Translations under genes and position numbers: made by a program
Shown: one piece after another, positions 1-9,907 of the stretch
How the letters are laid out: each line of letters begins with the position of its first letter
Position numbering within the stretch: position 1 is the first letter of the stretch
Assembly (NCBI GenBank): GCA_963759165.1
Contig: CAVWXK010000002.1
Span: 320,231 to 384,230 of the forward strand
Direction of reading: 5' to 3'
DNA from: an uncultured Pseudomonadota bacterium
GTDB taxonomy: Bacteria > Desulfobacterota > Binatia > Binatales > Binataceae
Length of the DNA: 64,000 bases
Notes under the pieces: model-generated
What the model saw: the letters and a program-made list of their open reading frames with translations, nothing else
Databases searched by the model: none
What the model was told of the DNA's origin: nothing

Positions 1-106
1 CGCTGAGATAAGATCGCGGCTCCGCCTCCTTATTCAGGTGAGATTTTGGTTAAGCACGAAGGACAGCGCGAGCGTTTGGGAACCGTTCCAGAACGCGAGG
101 CCGACA

Positions 107-229
107 TCACTTTGCCCCTTCTGCTTTTCGGACGAAGGACAATGCAACCGAGTTCATACAGTAACGCAGACCGGTCGGGGCAGGGCCGTCATCGAACACG
201 TGCCCGAGATGCGCGTCGCACTTGGCGCG
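107..229 (-). pseudogene. msrB: 3' fragment of peptide-methionine (R)-S-oxide reductase MsrB, 5' part lost at the IS junction
   Basis: Reverse translation reads [40 protein letters not shown]-stop, the conserved C-terminal HLGHVFxDGPxPTGxRYCxNS block of MsrB. Nothing upstream; homology stops where IS-copy homology begins (~229). Confidence 0.6.
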
Positions 230-1263
230 ATGACGAGCGCAGGCAGGTGTGATAACTCAGCGCCCGATGGTCGAGTTTCTGTGCCGGTCTCTGTTGATTT
301 TGCGTTCGTTGTTCAAGTCGCGAGCGCGACTTGAGGCTGAGATCATTGTCCTGCGCCAGCAGCTTAACGTGCTCGGTCGGCGCGCACCCAAGCGAATACG
401 CCTCAGGAACTGGGATCGTTTCGTATTCGTATGGCTGTATCAATTCTTCCCGTCGCTTTTAAGCGCCATCACCATCGTCAAGCCAGAGACGGTGATCCGC
501 TGGCATCGCGCCGGCTTCCGCGTCTATTGGCGCTGGAAGTCTCGCCGGCGAGCTGGCCGCCCGGCGATTGATCACGAGATTCGGCGGCTTATTCGACAGA
601 TGAACATCGAGAATCCGCTATGGGGAGCACCCCGAATTCACGGCGAGCTGCTGATGCTCGGGATCAAGGTCGCCGAATCAACCGTCGGCAGGTACATCGT
701 GAGGAGGCGGCATCCGCCGTCGCAGGGTTGGAGAACGTTCCTGCGCAATCACGCCGCCGGCATCGCATCCATCGACCTGTTCGTCTTGCGGACGATTTCG
801 TTCAAGCTGCTCTATGGCCTGGTGATTCTTCGTCACGCCCGAAGGCGTCTGATTACCGTCAGCGTGACCACCAGCCCGACCGCCGACTGGATTGCAAGGC
901 AGGTCACCGACGCCTTCCCTTGGGACGAAGCGCCGCGATACCCGATCCGTGATCGCGACTGCGCTTATGGTTATGCTTACACCCGTCGCGTTCGCGCCAT
1001 GGGAATCCGCGATCATCCGACCGCGCCCCGGTCGCCCTGGCAAAACGGACATGTCGAGCGGCTGATCGAATCGATTCGTCAAGAATCCCTTGATCACTTC
1101 ATTGTGTTCAGCGAGGCGCACCTGCGCCGGATCCTCAAATCCTACGCGGGCTATTACAATGACGTGCGAACTCATCTCTCCTTGAACAAAAACACGCCAG
1201 CTTTTCGCCGCGCGCAGTCCATTGGCCCGGTCCTATCGCTGCCAGTTCTCGGCGGACTCTACC
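229..1263 (+). mobile_element. Partial copy (copy 1) of a single-ORF rve/DDE-type IS (IS481/IS3-superfamily-like), lacking both termini
   Basis: Nucleotide homology to the complete copy at 28978..30075 starts at atgacgagcgcaggcaggtgtgata (~229), so the first ~27 bp including the TGT terminus are missing. Homology ends ~1263, where the C-terminus LGGLYL replaces LGSLHHHYIRI. Confidence 0.7.
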
Positions 1264-1268
1264 TATGA
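249..1268 (+). CDS. rve-domain DDE transposase/integrase (3'-truncated copy)
   Basis: 339 aa ORF with the integrase-core signature DRDCAYGY...[24 protein letters not shown]. Paralogous to ORFs at 29024, 20383(-) and 13814(-). The track start is GTG; ATG at 267 is also possible. Confidence 0.85.
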   Translation: MITQRPMVEFLCRSLLILRSLFKSRARLEAEIIVLRQQLNVLGRRAPKRIRLRNWDRFVFVWLYQFFPSLLSAITIVKPETVIRWHRAGFRVYWRWKSRRRAGRPAIDHEIRRLIRQMNIENPLWGAPRIHGELLMLGIKVAESTVGRYIVRRRHPPSQGWRTFLRNHAAGIASIDLFVLRTISFKLLYGLVILRHARRRLITVSVTTSPTADWIARQVTDAFPWDEAPRYPIRDRDCAYGYAYTRRVRAMGIRDHPTAPRSPWQNGHVERLIESIRQESLDHFIVFSEAHLRRILKSYAGYYNDVRTHLSLNKNTPAFRRAQSIGPVLSLPVLGGLYL

Positions 1269-1737
1269 ATGGCGGGAATTTGGGGGGCAGGCCAAACTCC
1301 CTACTCAACAGAACAGGGAATTTTGCTCCAGGATCGGGGAATTGAAATTCCTTGATCCGTTTCCGATCAGCGAATCGCTCTCCGCGTCGGAATCGCCCAT
1401 ATCGCCCCCACACTGGGCTGTCACTTGGACCCCTTGATAGAGGTGCTGAAAAGATCGCGCGTGGACCGGCATTGGCACATGCGGGCATACGAACCAGGGA
1501 GAGATCGTAGAGCATGCCGGCTACAGTACGGCGCAAAATCACGACATTCCGGACTTTTCCTCGCGGATGGAATTTTGAGTAGACACAGAAGGAAGCGGTC
1601 TTTGTGTGGGATCTCTGTAAACGCATCGGAGTGAAACCCGGGTTGAACAATGCGTTTGCGAGGCGTCTGGAATTGGTGCGAATGTGGATAACGAGCTAAA
1701 AGGGTCAGCTATAGAAATTTCCGGTTGAGACACGCAG

Positions 1738-3447
1738 GTGGCGAAAATGCGCTCGGCAGAACGCTCGCTTCACAACGGCAACCGTGAATACCGGCCTCAC
1801 TTCTCAGGATTCATAAGGCGCGGGGACAAGGCGAGGCTTGCGCGGTGGCTGGGTAGGGCTATCGCGGCCCTGCTGATCCTGGCTCTTTCGAGCGCAAGCG
1901 CGACGGCGGGCGAGACCGACGGTAAGGTGCTGACGCCGCGCAAGATCCTGGACAGGCAATGCGCCGGATGCCATCGCAAGCTTCCCGATGGCGGCTACTT
2001 GCGGATCAGCCGGATACGCGGAGTCCCGGAAGCGTGGGACATGACGATAATCCGGATGCGTCGGGTCCACCACGCCGGAATTTCTCCGGCGGAGCAGGCG
2101 CAACTGGTTAAGTACCTCGCCGATTCGCAGGGGTTGGCGCCCGAAGAAGCCGCGCCCTACCGCTACATCCTCGAAAGGCGCCCCAACTACATCGAGCAAA
2201 TCCCGAATGAACAGATCGGCCTGGTCTGCGGCTCGTGTCACAGCTTCGCGCGGGTGGCTTTGGAAAGGCGTCCGGCGGATGAGTGGTTGAAACTGGCGAA
2301 TTTCCATCTCGGCCAGTTTCCCAGCCTCGAGTACCAATCGCGCCTGCGCTCGGTCGAGTGGTGGAAAATCGCGAGCACGCAGATGCCATCGGAGCTTGAA
2401 AAACGATTTCCGTTTGAGAGCGCGGCTTGGAAGCGATGGCGCGAGCACAAGAGCCGGGATCTGTCGGGCGAATGGCGCGTGGCCGGTCACGAACCCGGCA
2501 CCGGCGATTATCGCGGTTCGCTCACCATCGCGAAAGCCGACGGCGACGACCGCTACAACGTGCGGTGGAGTCTGACCTTTGCGGACGGCAAGCACATGGG
2601 AGGTGACGGCGCCGCGATCCTCTACACCGGTTTCGAATGGCGGGCTTCCGCGACGCTCGAGGGCAAGCCGGTCCGGCAGGTTTTTGCTGTAGCGCCCGAC
2701 GGCGCATCGATGGCGGGGCGGTGGTTTTACACCGAAACCGACGAGCGCGGCGGCGAGATACGCGCGGTGCGGGTCAAGCCAGGCGCCTCCAGGGTGCTCG
2801 CCGTCGAGCCTTCATCGCTACGTGCCGGGGGGAAGGCGCGGCTGACAATCGTCGGCGTCAACCTGAGCGGCGACATACGGCTGGGCGACGGAATCAAAGT
2901 CGTCGAGAGCGTGAGCAGCGGGCCGAGTGAGATGGTCGTGATCGCCCAAGCGGATGCAAATGCTGCCGACGGGATACGCGACGTCTCGGTCGGCAGCGCA
3001 AGCGGTAAGTCGCTGCTCACCGTGTATCACCGGCTGGACTCGGTGCGCATCGAGCCCGACTACGCAATCGCGCGTGTCGGCGGCAACGGCGGGCCGATTC
3101 CGCCGGTCACGGCGCAATTCGAGGCGGTCGGATATCTGAATGGACCCGATGGCAAACCTGGTACCGCCGACGACATCCGCGTGGGCGTGGTTGCGGCGAA
3201 GTGGTCGGTCGTTCCCTTCGACGACACGGCGGCTGAAATGCAGGATGTCAAATTCGCCGGACGGATGGATACCAACGGGCTGTTTACCCCGGCAGGGGCT
3301 GGACCGAATCCCCGGCGGCGTTTTGGTACCAACAACACCGGCAATCTCAAGGTGTTCGCGAGCGTGGAAGACCAGCACAAACCGCTGAACGGGACCGCTC
3401 AACTGATCGTCACCGTGCAGCGTTGGATCGATCCGCCGCTCAGGTAG
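1738..3447 (+). CDS. qhpA: Quinohemoprotein amine dehydrogenase alpha subunit (di-haem cytochrome c)
   Basis: 569 aa with a signal-like segment (AIAALLILALSSASATA) and two CxxCH motifs (CAGCH, CGSCH). The blocks VKYLADSQGLAPEE and FHLGQFPSLEYQ are as I recall them from Paracoccus QhpA. First gene of the qhp-ordered operon. Start uncertain (GTG 1738 or ATG 1747). Confidence 0.8.
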   Translation: MAKMRSAERSLHNGNREYRPHFSGFIRRGDKARLARWLGRAIAALLILALSSASATAGETDGKVLTPRKILDRQCAGCHRKLPDGGYLRISRIRGVPEAWDMTIIRMRRVHHAGISPAEQAQLVKYLADSQGLAPEEAAPYRYILERRPNYIEQIPNEQIGLVCGSCHSFARVALERRPADEWLKLANFHLGQFPSLEYQSRLRSVEWWKIASTQMPSELEKRFPFESAAWKRWREHKSRDLSGEWRVAGHEPGTGDYRGSLTIAKADGDDRYNVRWSLTFADGKHMGGDGAAILYTGFEWRASATLEGKPVRQVFAVAPDGASMAGRWFYTETDERGGEIRAVRVKPGASRVLAVEPSSLRAGGKARLTIVGVNLSGDIRLGDGIKVVESVSSGPSEMVVIAQADANAADGIRDVSVGSASGKSLLTVYHRLDSVRIEPDYAIARVGGNGGPIPPVTAQFEAVGYLNGPDGKPGTADDIRVGVVAAKWSVVPFDDTAAEMQDVKFAGRMDTNGLFTPAGAGPNPRRRFGTNNTGNLKVFASVEDQHKPLNGTAQLIVTVQRWIDPPLR

Positions 3448-3499
3448 CCGCGTGCCGGAGGATGAAATAGCGGAGGGAACAACGGCGGGAAGATAACCG

Positions 3500-4946
3500 A
3501 TGGCCAAACTGCGACTGCTCGAGCGAAATTTTCACGAGGTCCGGGTCGACGGACGCCGCGTCCTCTTCCACGTTCCGAGCGCCGGACTATTCGAGACGGA
3601 CGAGACGACCGGTCCGATCATCGATCTGCTTCGCGAGCGCAAGGAACTCGCACCAGAAGAGCTTGCTTCGAACCTCGACGCGGGCGCGCCGTTTCACGAG
3701 GCGCTCGCCGAGTTGCGGGCGCTCGGAATCGTAGGCGGCGAATCGGCCGATCCGAAGCTCGACCAAAACCGCGTCGCGATCCGGCGTTTTCCGCTGAGCA
3801 CGATGGTGCTCAATGTGACAACCGGGTGCAACCTCAGCTGCACCTACTGTTACAAGGAGGATCTCGACACGCCCGCGGATGCGAGGCGGATGGATTTTGA
3901 GACGGCTCGCAAGAGCGTCGAGCTGTTGCTGAGCGAGGGCGAAGGGCGCTCGCGCCTCGGGGTCGTGTTCTTTGGCGGCGAACCGCTGACCAACCTTCCG
4001 CTCATACGCCAGGTGGTCGATTATGCCGAGCGGCGATGCGGCGAGACTCGGCAAACAGCCCGATTTCTCCCTGACCACTAACGCGCTCCTGCTCACCGAG
4101 GAGGTCGTCAATTATCTCGATGGGCACCGGTTCGGGATCACGGTCAGCATCGACGGCCCCAGGGCTGTCCACGATCGCAATCGGATGACGGTCGGGGGCG
4201 CCGGAACCTACGATACGGTCGCGAAGAATGCTCGCATGCTGCTCGAACGCTATCGGTCGAAGCCGGTCGCCGCTCGCGTCACCCTCGCCGCCGGTGTCTC
4301 CGATGTGGAAACGATTTTCGACCATCTCAAGGATGAGCTGGGCTTCGGGGAGGTCGGATTCGCTCCGGTCACCGCCGATCAGGACGCGCGGTTCGGACTC
4401 GAAGAGGAGGAACTCGCGCGGGTATTCCAGGGAATGAAGCGGCTCGGCGAGCGCTACGAGCATGCCGCTCTAAGCGGCCGGTATATCGGCTTCTCCAACC
4501 TGCACCACCTGATCGGCGATCTCCATCACGGTACCCGCAGACTTTTGCCGTGCGGCGCCGGAGTCGCGCTCCTGGCGGTCGACCACGAGGGCAAACTCAA
4601 TCTTTGCCACCGCTTCACCGGCTCCGATCTGCCGACCTTCGGCGATGTCGAGAATGGGATCGACAAATCCGGATTGGGCGCGTTTCTGGATCAGGCGCGC
4701 GCTCTCTCAGGCCGCTGGTGCGCGCAATGTCATATTCGCTCGCTTTGCGGCGGCGGTTGCTATCACGAGCGCTACCAGCGTTACGGCGATCCGCTTCATC
4801 CTTCCTATCACTACTGCGAATTACTGCGTGAATGGATCGACTTCGGAATCACGACGTACAGCAGGATTCTGGCGCGTAATCCCGGCTTCTTCGAACGGCA
4901 TCTGGAGCCCGGGCGTTACGCGGATCAAAGAGGTGTACTGCCATGA
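3500..4946 (+). pseudogene. qhpD: Radical SAM/SPASM thioether-forming maturase QhpD, split by a +1 frame change near 4031..4046
   Basis: ORF 3500..4081 carries CNLSCTYCY (CxxxCxxC). ORF 4023..4946 carries the rest of the barrel plus a Cys-rich SPASM tail (CAQCHIRSLCGGGCYH). The two halves join as ...VVDYAERR/AARLGKQPDFSLTTNALLL if one nucleotide is skipped. The stop overlaps the qhpC start (ATGA). Confidence 0.75.
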
Positions 4947-5269
4947 AGCACCTGAAGCCACTGAACAAGAGCGCGCAGGCGATTGACGATGCCGCGGCGG
5001 CGGGGCGGCTGGAGGAAGTGCGTACCATGCAGGCCAAGGTCGTGGCTGGATGCTCGACGGTGTTCGACCCCGGATGGGAGGTCGACGCGTTCGGCGGGGT
5101 CTCCTCGCTGTGCCAGCCCATGGAGGCGGACCTTTATGGGTGTGCCGACCCGTGTTGGTGGCCGGCGCAGGTGCCCGACACAATGAACAGTTATCCGCAG
5201 TTCAACGCCGGCAGCCCTTCGGCCGCGCGCGACTGGCGCAATCTCCAGCAGGTTTACCCCAAAAAATGA
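4943..5269 (+). CDS. qhpC: QHNDH gamma subunit precursor (CTQ-bearing, triple-thioether RiPP-like small subunit)
   Basis: 108 aa: a ~30 aa leader, then the core [44 protein letters not shown]. Numbering from the first Cys as 7 gives C7/E16, C27/D33, C41/D49 and C37/W43, exactly the spacing of the known cross-link and CTQ residues. Confidence 0.9.
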   Translation: MKHLKPLNKSAQAIDDAAAAGRLEEVRTMQAKVVAGCSTVFDPGWEVDAFGGVSSLCQPMEADLYGCADPCWWPAQVPDTMNSYPQFNAGSPSAARDWRNLQQVYPKK

Positions 5270-5314
5270 GAGCCGACGCCGGTGAGGGCCGAGCTTGTTA
5301 AGCGGAGCGCAACC

Positions 5315-6424
5315 ATGAACAGAACGGCGATCCTCAAAACCTGGGCGATGGCCGCCGTCGCGGCGATCCTGCCCCTGATACTCCCGATCCACGCGACCGC
5401 CAAGGAATACCTCATCACCGGCACCAAGCCCAACCTGTTGTTCCTGATCGATCTGCAAGCTCGCAAAGTCGTGCGTCAATACAAGATCCCGAAGGACGGT
5501 CCGCCCTTCTCAATCTCCGTCTCGCCGGACGGCAAGATCGCCTACGTGGTGACGAATCATTGGGGTACGGTGTCGGGAATCGATCTGGCTAGCGGCAATG
5601 AACTGTTCCGCGCGGAGCTGAAAGAGGGGCAGGAACTGGTGAAGTCGCTCGGCGGTATAACGCTCAGCCGTGACGGCAGGGAACTCTTCGTGATGGAGTC
5701 GGTCAGCAAGCTCCTCCCCGGAGAATACCAGGTCCAGCCGTCGCGGGTCGCGGTGTACCGCACTGACGCCGGGCTTCGGGCGAAGCCGGTGCGGACCTTC
5801 AACACTCCGCGCCGGATCGCAGTGCTGGCGCCATCGACCGACGGGAAAATCATTTACGGCCTGGGCTGGGACTTGTACGCATTCGACGCGGCCACGGGAA
5901 AGCTGCTCGACACCCGGAAATTCTTCAACTGGGATCGGCCCAACAGCAGCCGGCCCGACCTTCTCAACTTCTGGCCGATGTACGAGCAAAGCGAGATTTA
6001 CGCGGCCCCGTACTACTATTCACGAACCGACATTCCCCAGAACAACCCGGATTCCCAAAAGACCGGCATGCTGATGCTCGATCTGCGGAGCGGAAAGATG
6101 AGCCTGGTCGATTTCGAAACCACTTCCGCGAGCATCTTTTCGGCGGTGGTGAACCCGAAGAATCCAAAGGAAGTGTTCGGAGTCTATGTCACGCTCAGCC
6201 GGATCGACGCGGGTGATTCGCCCCGGCTCGAAAAGCGCGTCTTCCTCGACCATTCATACTACGCGATTGATATCTCGGCCGACGGAAGCGAATGCTATTT
6301 GGGCGGCGCCATGAATGATGTCGCCGTGTATTCAACGAATACCATGAAAAAACTCGCCGATATAAGGCTTCCGGGCGGCGGTGATATGGCCTTGTCGGTA
6401 ATGCGTATTGTGCATCGGCCGTGA
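5315..6424 (+). CDS. qhpB: QHNDH beta subunit (beta-propeller)
   Basis: Signal peptide MNRTAILKTWAMAAVAAILPLILPIHATA. Repeated propeller-like blades (SVSPDGKIAYVV, TLSRDGRELFV, PSTDGKIIYGL, ISADGSECYLGG). Operon position after qhpC. GGAG ribosome-binding site before ATG 5315; the track ORF starts at GTG 5282. Confidence 0.8.
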   Translation: MNRTAILKTWAMAAVAAILPLILPIHATAKEYLITGTKPNLLFLIDLQARKVVRQYKIPKDGPPFSISVSPDGKIAYVVTNHWGTVSGIDLASGNELFRAELKEGQELVKSLGGITLSRDGRELFVMESVSKLLPGEYQVQPSRVAVYRTDAGLRAKPVRTFNTPRRIAVLAPSTDGKIIYGLGWDLYAFDAATGKLLDTRKFFNWDRPNSSRPDLLNFWPMYEQSEIYAAPYYYSRTDIPQNNPDSQKTGMLMLDLRSGKMSLVDFETTSASIFSAVVNPKNPKEVFGVYVTLSRIDAGDSPRLEKRVFLDHSYYAIDISADGSECYLGGAMNDVAVYSTNTMKKLADIRLPGGGDMALSVMRIVHRP

Positions 6425-6470
6425 TCGGATTGCGTCGTGGGTCTTTCAAAGCCGAGCGCCGGTCTGAAAA

Positions 6471-8192
6471 ATGAGGGATGACCGGCAAGAGCCGCGTTTC
6501 CCGATCGGGCCGTCAACTCTGGGATGGCTCGGCGGCTTCGTTCGCCCTCATCGCTGGCGGGTCGCGGGAGTGCTGTGCCTGTCGCTGCTCAGCACGGCTT
6601 TCGTTCTGGCCCAGCCCTACGTCACCAAGCTTCTTATCGATCGCGGTCTTCTCGCGCGTCGCATGGACATGGTCGTGATGCTTTGCGGCATAATGCTCGT
6701 GGTCGCGGTGGTCGCGACCGTGCTCAGCGGCATCAACGGCCTGCTCTACACCGATCTCTCGGCGCGCGTCCTGTTCGCGATGCGCGAGGCGGTTTACCGG
6801 CACTTGATGACATTGCCGCCCACCTTCTATGCCCGGATGAGCGGCGGCGATCTGATGGCGCGGCTGGACGGCGACGTGAGCGAGATCCAGCGCTTTTGCG
6901 TCGATTCGGTGCTGGCGGGCGTCAACGGCGTCGCGGCGCTGATCGTGACGGTCGGTTTGCTGGTTTCGCTGAGCTGGCGTCTGTCGCTGCTCGCGTTGGT
7001 GCTGTTGCCCGCCGAGGCGCTTTTTCTGCGCGCGATGAGGCCGCGGGTCGAGCGGCATACGCGGCGTCTGCGTGAGCGCGCAAGCGAGCTTGCGGGTTTT
7101 TTCTTCGAGACCCTGCCCGCGGTGAAGTTCGTGCAGTCGGTCGGCGCCGAGGAGTTCGAGGCTGGCCGTCTCCACGCGCTCAACAAATCCTACCTCCGTG
7201 AGCTGCTCAAGCTGCAGACCGTGAATTTTTTCACGGGAGCGGTGCCCGGACTGCTGACCTCGGTCAGCGGCGCGGTGGTCTTCGTAGCGGGCGGGTATCT
7301 GGTGATCGGCGGCCGACTCACGCTGGGAAGCCTGGTCGCTTTCTATGCATATCTCGCCCGCGCAACCGGACCGGTGCAAACCCTGCTCGGTCTCTATGTT
7401 GCCGTGCAGCGCGCGCAGGTCAGCGTCGCGCGGGTAAGGGAATTGACCCGCGCGGAGCCCGCGGTACGCAGCGTCGCCAAGCCGGTTCAATTGCCCCGCG
7501 ACACCAAGGGCGAGATCAGGATCGAAGGCGTCAGTTTCGCATACGGCGACGGCGCGCCGCGGGTGCTTTCCAGCGCTGATATGTTCATACCGGCGGGAAG
7601 CAAGCTCGGCGTTATCGGTCCTTCGGGAGTGGGCAAAAGCACGCTCATCGATCTTCTTCAGCGGCATTTCGATCCCGTCGCGGGACGGATCCTCCTCGAC
7701 GGAATCGATTTACGGGTTCTCAACCTGACCGAGCTCAGGCGGCGCGTCACGGTCGTGGCGCAGGATACCGTTCTCTTTTCGGGTTCCATCATTGAGAATA
7801 TTCGTTACGCCGCCCCCACCGCCGACGACGCGGCGGTGCGCCGGGCGGCGGAGCGCGCACGAGTCGACGAGTTCGTCCATTTGTTTCCCCTCGGCTACCA
7901 AACCCAAGTGGGCGCGCGCGGCATCGCTCTGTCCGGCGGCCAGCGCCAGCGGATAGCCATCGCGCGGGCGCTGATCCAGGATCCTCTCGTTCTGGTCCTC
8001 GACGAGGCTACTTCCGCAATCGATCTCGAAACCGAAGCTTGGATCAGCGATGAGATCGATCGGTTGTTTCCGGACCGAACGCGAATCGTTGTCACACACC
8101 GGCCGCAGACTCTCGCGAATGCCGAAATCATCTATCGGATTGTCGATGGCCGAATCGTGCTTGAGCGCGCGATCAGAGGCGCGGTTGCGTGA
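6471..8192 (+). CDS. qhpF: ABC efflux transporter, fused permease and ATPase (QhpF-type)
   Basis: 573 aa with an N-terminal 6-TM exporter domain, Walker A GPSGVGKST, signature LSGGQRQR and Walker B LVLDEATS. Sits in the qhp operon. Confidence 0.75.
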   Translation: MRDDRQEPRFPIGPSTLGWLGGFVRPHRWRVAGVLCLSLLSTAFVLAQPYVTKLLIDRGLLARRMDMVVMLCGIMLVVAVVATVLSGINGLLYTDLSARVLFAMREAVYRHLMTLPPTFYARMSGGDLMARLDGDVSEIQRFCVDSVLAGVNGVAALIVTVGLLVSLSWRLSLLALVLLPAEALFLRAMRPRVERHTRRLRERASELAGFFFETLPAVKFVQSVGAEEFEAGRLHALNKSYLRELLKLQTVNFFTGAVPGLLTSVSGAVVFVAGGYLVIGGRLTLGSLVAFYAYLARATGPVQTLLGLYVAVQRAQVSVARVRELTRAEPAVRSVAKPVQLPRDTKGEIRIEGVSFAYGDGAPRVLSSADMFIPAGSKLGVIGPSGVGKSTLIDLLQRHFDPVAGRILLDGIDLRVLNLTELRRRVTVVAQDTVLFSGSIIENIRYAAPTADDAAVRRAAERARVDEFVHLFPLGYQTQVGARGIALSGGQRQRIAIARALIQDPLVLVLDEATSAIDLETEAWISDEIDRLFPDRTRIVVTHRPQTLANAEIIYRIVDGRIVLERAIRGAVA

Positions 8193-8212
8193 AGTTTTTT
8201 CCGGAGGCGTGA

Positions 8213-8935
8213 GTGAAAGGGACGGTTCGAATAGGGCTGCTGGATAGCGGAGCGGGGGTCGCGCTCACTGAACGGATGCTGGCACGCTCGCGTTTCGAAC
8301 TCGGCCGCGATGGACAGCTTGTCGAGTCGTCCCCGATCGTGGGTCGCGATGGCCATGGCAGTGCGCTCGCCGGCATCATCGCGGCGCTCGCGCCGCAAAC
8401 CGGGTTCCTCGACGCGCAGGTGTTCGACCCGCGCGGAGTGTCATCGCCCGCAGCGGTGGCCGCGGGGCTGGACTGGATGGTCGGCAATGATGCGCGCGTG
8501 GTCAACATGAGCTTTGGCCTGATCGAGGATCGCGAAGTGCTGCGCCTCGCGTGCGAACGGGCGCGCGAAGCGGGAGTCGTCATGTTCGCGGCAACGCCGG
8601 CGCGTGGACAACAGGTATTTCCCGCCGCATATCCCGGAATAATCCGGGTTAGCGCGGACGGACGCTGCGGCCGTCGCGAACTGTCGGTCCTCGACGGCGG
8701 TGCGGCTGATTTCGGCGCCTGTCCCTTTCCGCTGGAGCAATATTCCTACGGGCGCGTGATGGGAGGCGCCAGCTACGCCGTGGCCCATGCTGCCGGCATC
8801 GCGGCAGCCTGGCTCCTTGAGCGGCCGGGCGCGAACGCCAGCGAAATCCGTGGCTACCTGAACTCGATCGCGCGCTACTTCACCGCGGCAAGAACCGGAG
8901 TAAGCGTCGACAAACAGGCGACGGCGCGGCGTTAG
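8213..8935 (+). CDS. qhpE: Subtilisin-like serine protease (QhpE-type leader peptidase)
   Basis: 240 aa with the S8 triad context VRIGLLDSG (Asp), GHGSALAGIIA (His) and GGASYAVAHAAG (Ser). GGAGG ribosome-binding site 5 nt before GTG 8213. Confidence 0.75.
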   Translation: MKGTVRIGLLDSGAGVALTERMLARSRFELGRDGQLVESSPIVGRDGHGSALAGIIAALAPQTGFLDAQVFDPRGVSSPAAVAAGLDWMVGNDARVVNMSFGLIEDREVLRLACERAREAGVVMFAATPARGQQVFPAAYPGIIRVSADGRCGRRELSVLDGGAADFGACPFPLEQYSYGRVMGGASYAVAHAAGIAAAWLLERPGANASEIRGYLNSIARYFTAARTGVSVDKQATARR

Positions 8936-8947
8936 GCGGGAGCAGGC

Positions 8948-9907
8948 ATGGAGACTCCTTCTCGCAACGAAACAATCGCCGACGCATTCGCCGCGGCGGC
9001 AACGTCTCCGGAAGTGGCGATCGCATTCACCGATCCCGACCGGCTGGTTCGATTCATTTCCGCGAATTCCGCCGATCCGTCGGGCGAGCGGCTGGCGATG
9101 ATGGGCCTCGCGGGCGCGGGTCCCGGTGCTTTGGGAACCCAACGGGTATCGCGCGTTCATTTCGGAAATGAGTTTTGCGAGCGGCTGCTTCCGTCCCGCG
9201 CCGGGCTCGAGTCGGCCATAAAGTTGATTTCCGCCGCGGGCGTGGGCTTTTCGCTGGTTGCGCCCATGCTCACCGATGACGGGCTCGACACGACGCAGCA
9301 ATTGCTCGAGGCCCTGCCCGATGACAGCGAGGTGGCGGCGAATGACTGGGGGCTGATGCGCCTCGTGCGGCGCCGATTTCCGGGACTGCGTCTGAGCGCG
9401 GGACGGTTGCTGTGCAGGATGCTCAAGGAGCCGCGCGCTCCGTCGGCTAAGTACATGGAACTCGGCGGGCACGGATTTATGAACCCGGGATTCGAGGGGC
9501 TGTTACGAAGTTTCGGAGTGAGCCGCCTTGAGATCGACGTTCCGCCGTTCGCGACGGTGGAGGATCTTCGGGCCCCCAACCACCGGCTGTCGGTCCACGT
9601 GCCCTTCGGGTTCACGACGGTCGGCCGGATTTGCCGGATCGGCTCACTGCATCAACCGCCCACGCGCAAGTTTGCCACCGGCCACAATTGCGCCCGCGAG
9701 TGTCTGACTTATGTGACCGCGATGGAGTCGCCGCGCGAACCGCGTGGTTCCGACATCCGTGTTTTCCAGCGCGGCAACACCATCTTTTATCGCCACACGC
9801 CCGCGATGAGCGCGGTCGTCGCTGACGCGATCGTGGCGGGTATCGTCGATCGCGTGATCGTTTCAGGAGACTGGAATGAAGCTGGTAGCGCCAATCTCAG
9901 CGCCTGA
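8948..9907 (+). CDS. U32-family-like protein, UbiV-like partner (putative Fe-S)
   Basis: 319 aa. Blocks VHFGNEFCERL, EVAANDWGLMRLVRRRFPGLRLSAG and GRIC-x18-C-x3-C resemble the UbiV layout (one early Cys plus a late C...CxxxC). Starts 13 nt after the qhpE stop, with a GGGAG ribosome-binding site. Confidence 0.55.
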   Translation: METPSRNETIADAFAAAATSPEVAIAFTDPDRLVRFISANSADPSGERLAMMGLAGAGPGALGTQRVSRVHFGNEFCERLLPSRAGLESAIKLISAAGVGFSLVAPMLTDDGLDTTQQLLEALPDDSEVAANDWGLMRLVRRRFPGLRLSAGRLLCRMLKEPRAPSAKYMELGGHGFMNPGFEGLLRSFGVSRLEIDVPPFATVEDLRAPNHRLSVHVPFGFTTVGRICRIGSLHQPPTRKFATGHNCARECLTYVTAMESPREPRGSDIRVFQRGNTIFYRHTPAMSAVVADAIVAGIVDRVIVSGDWNEAGSANLSA

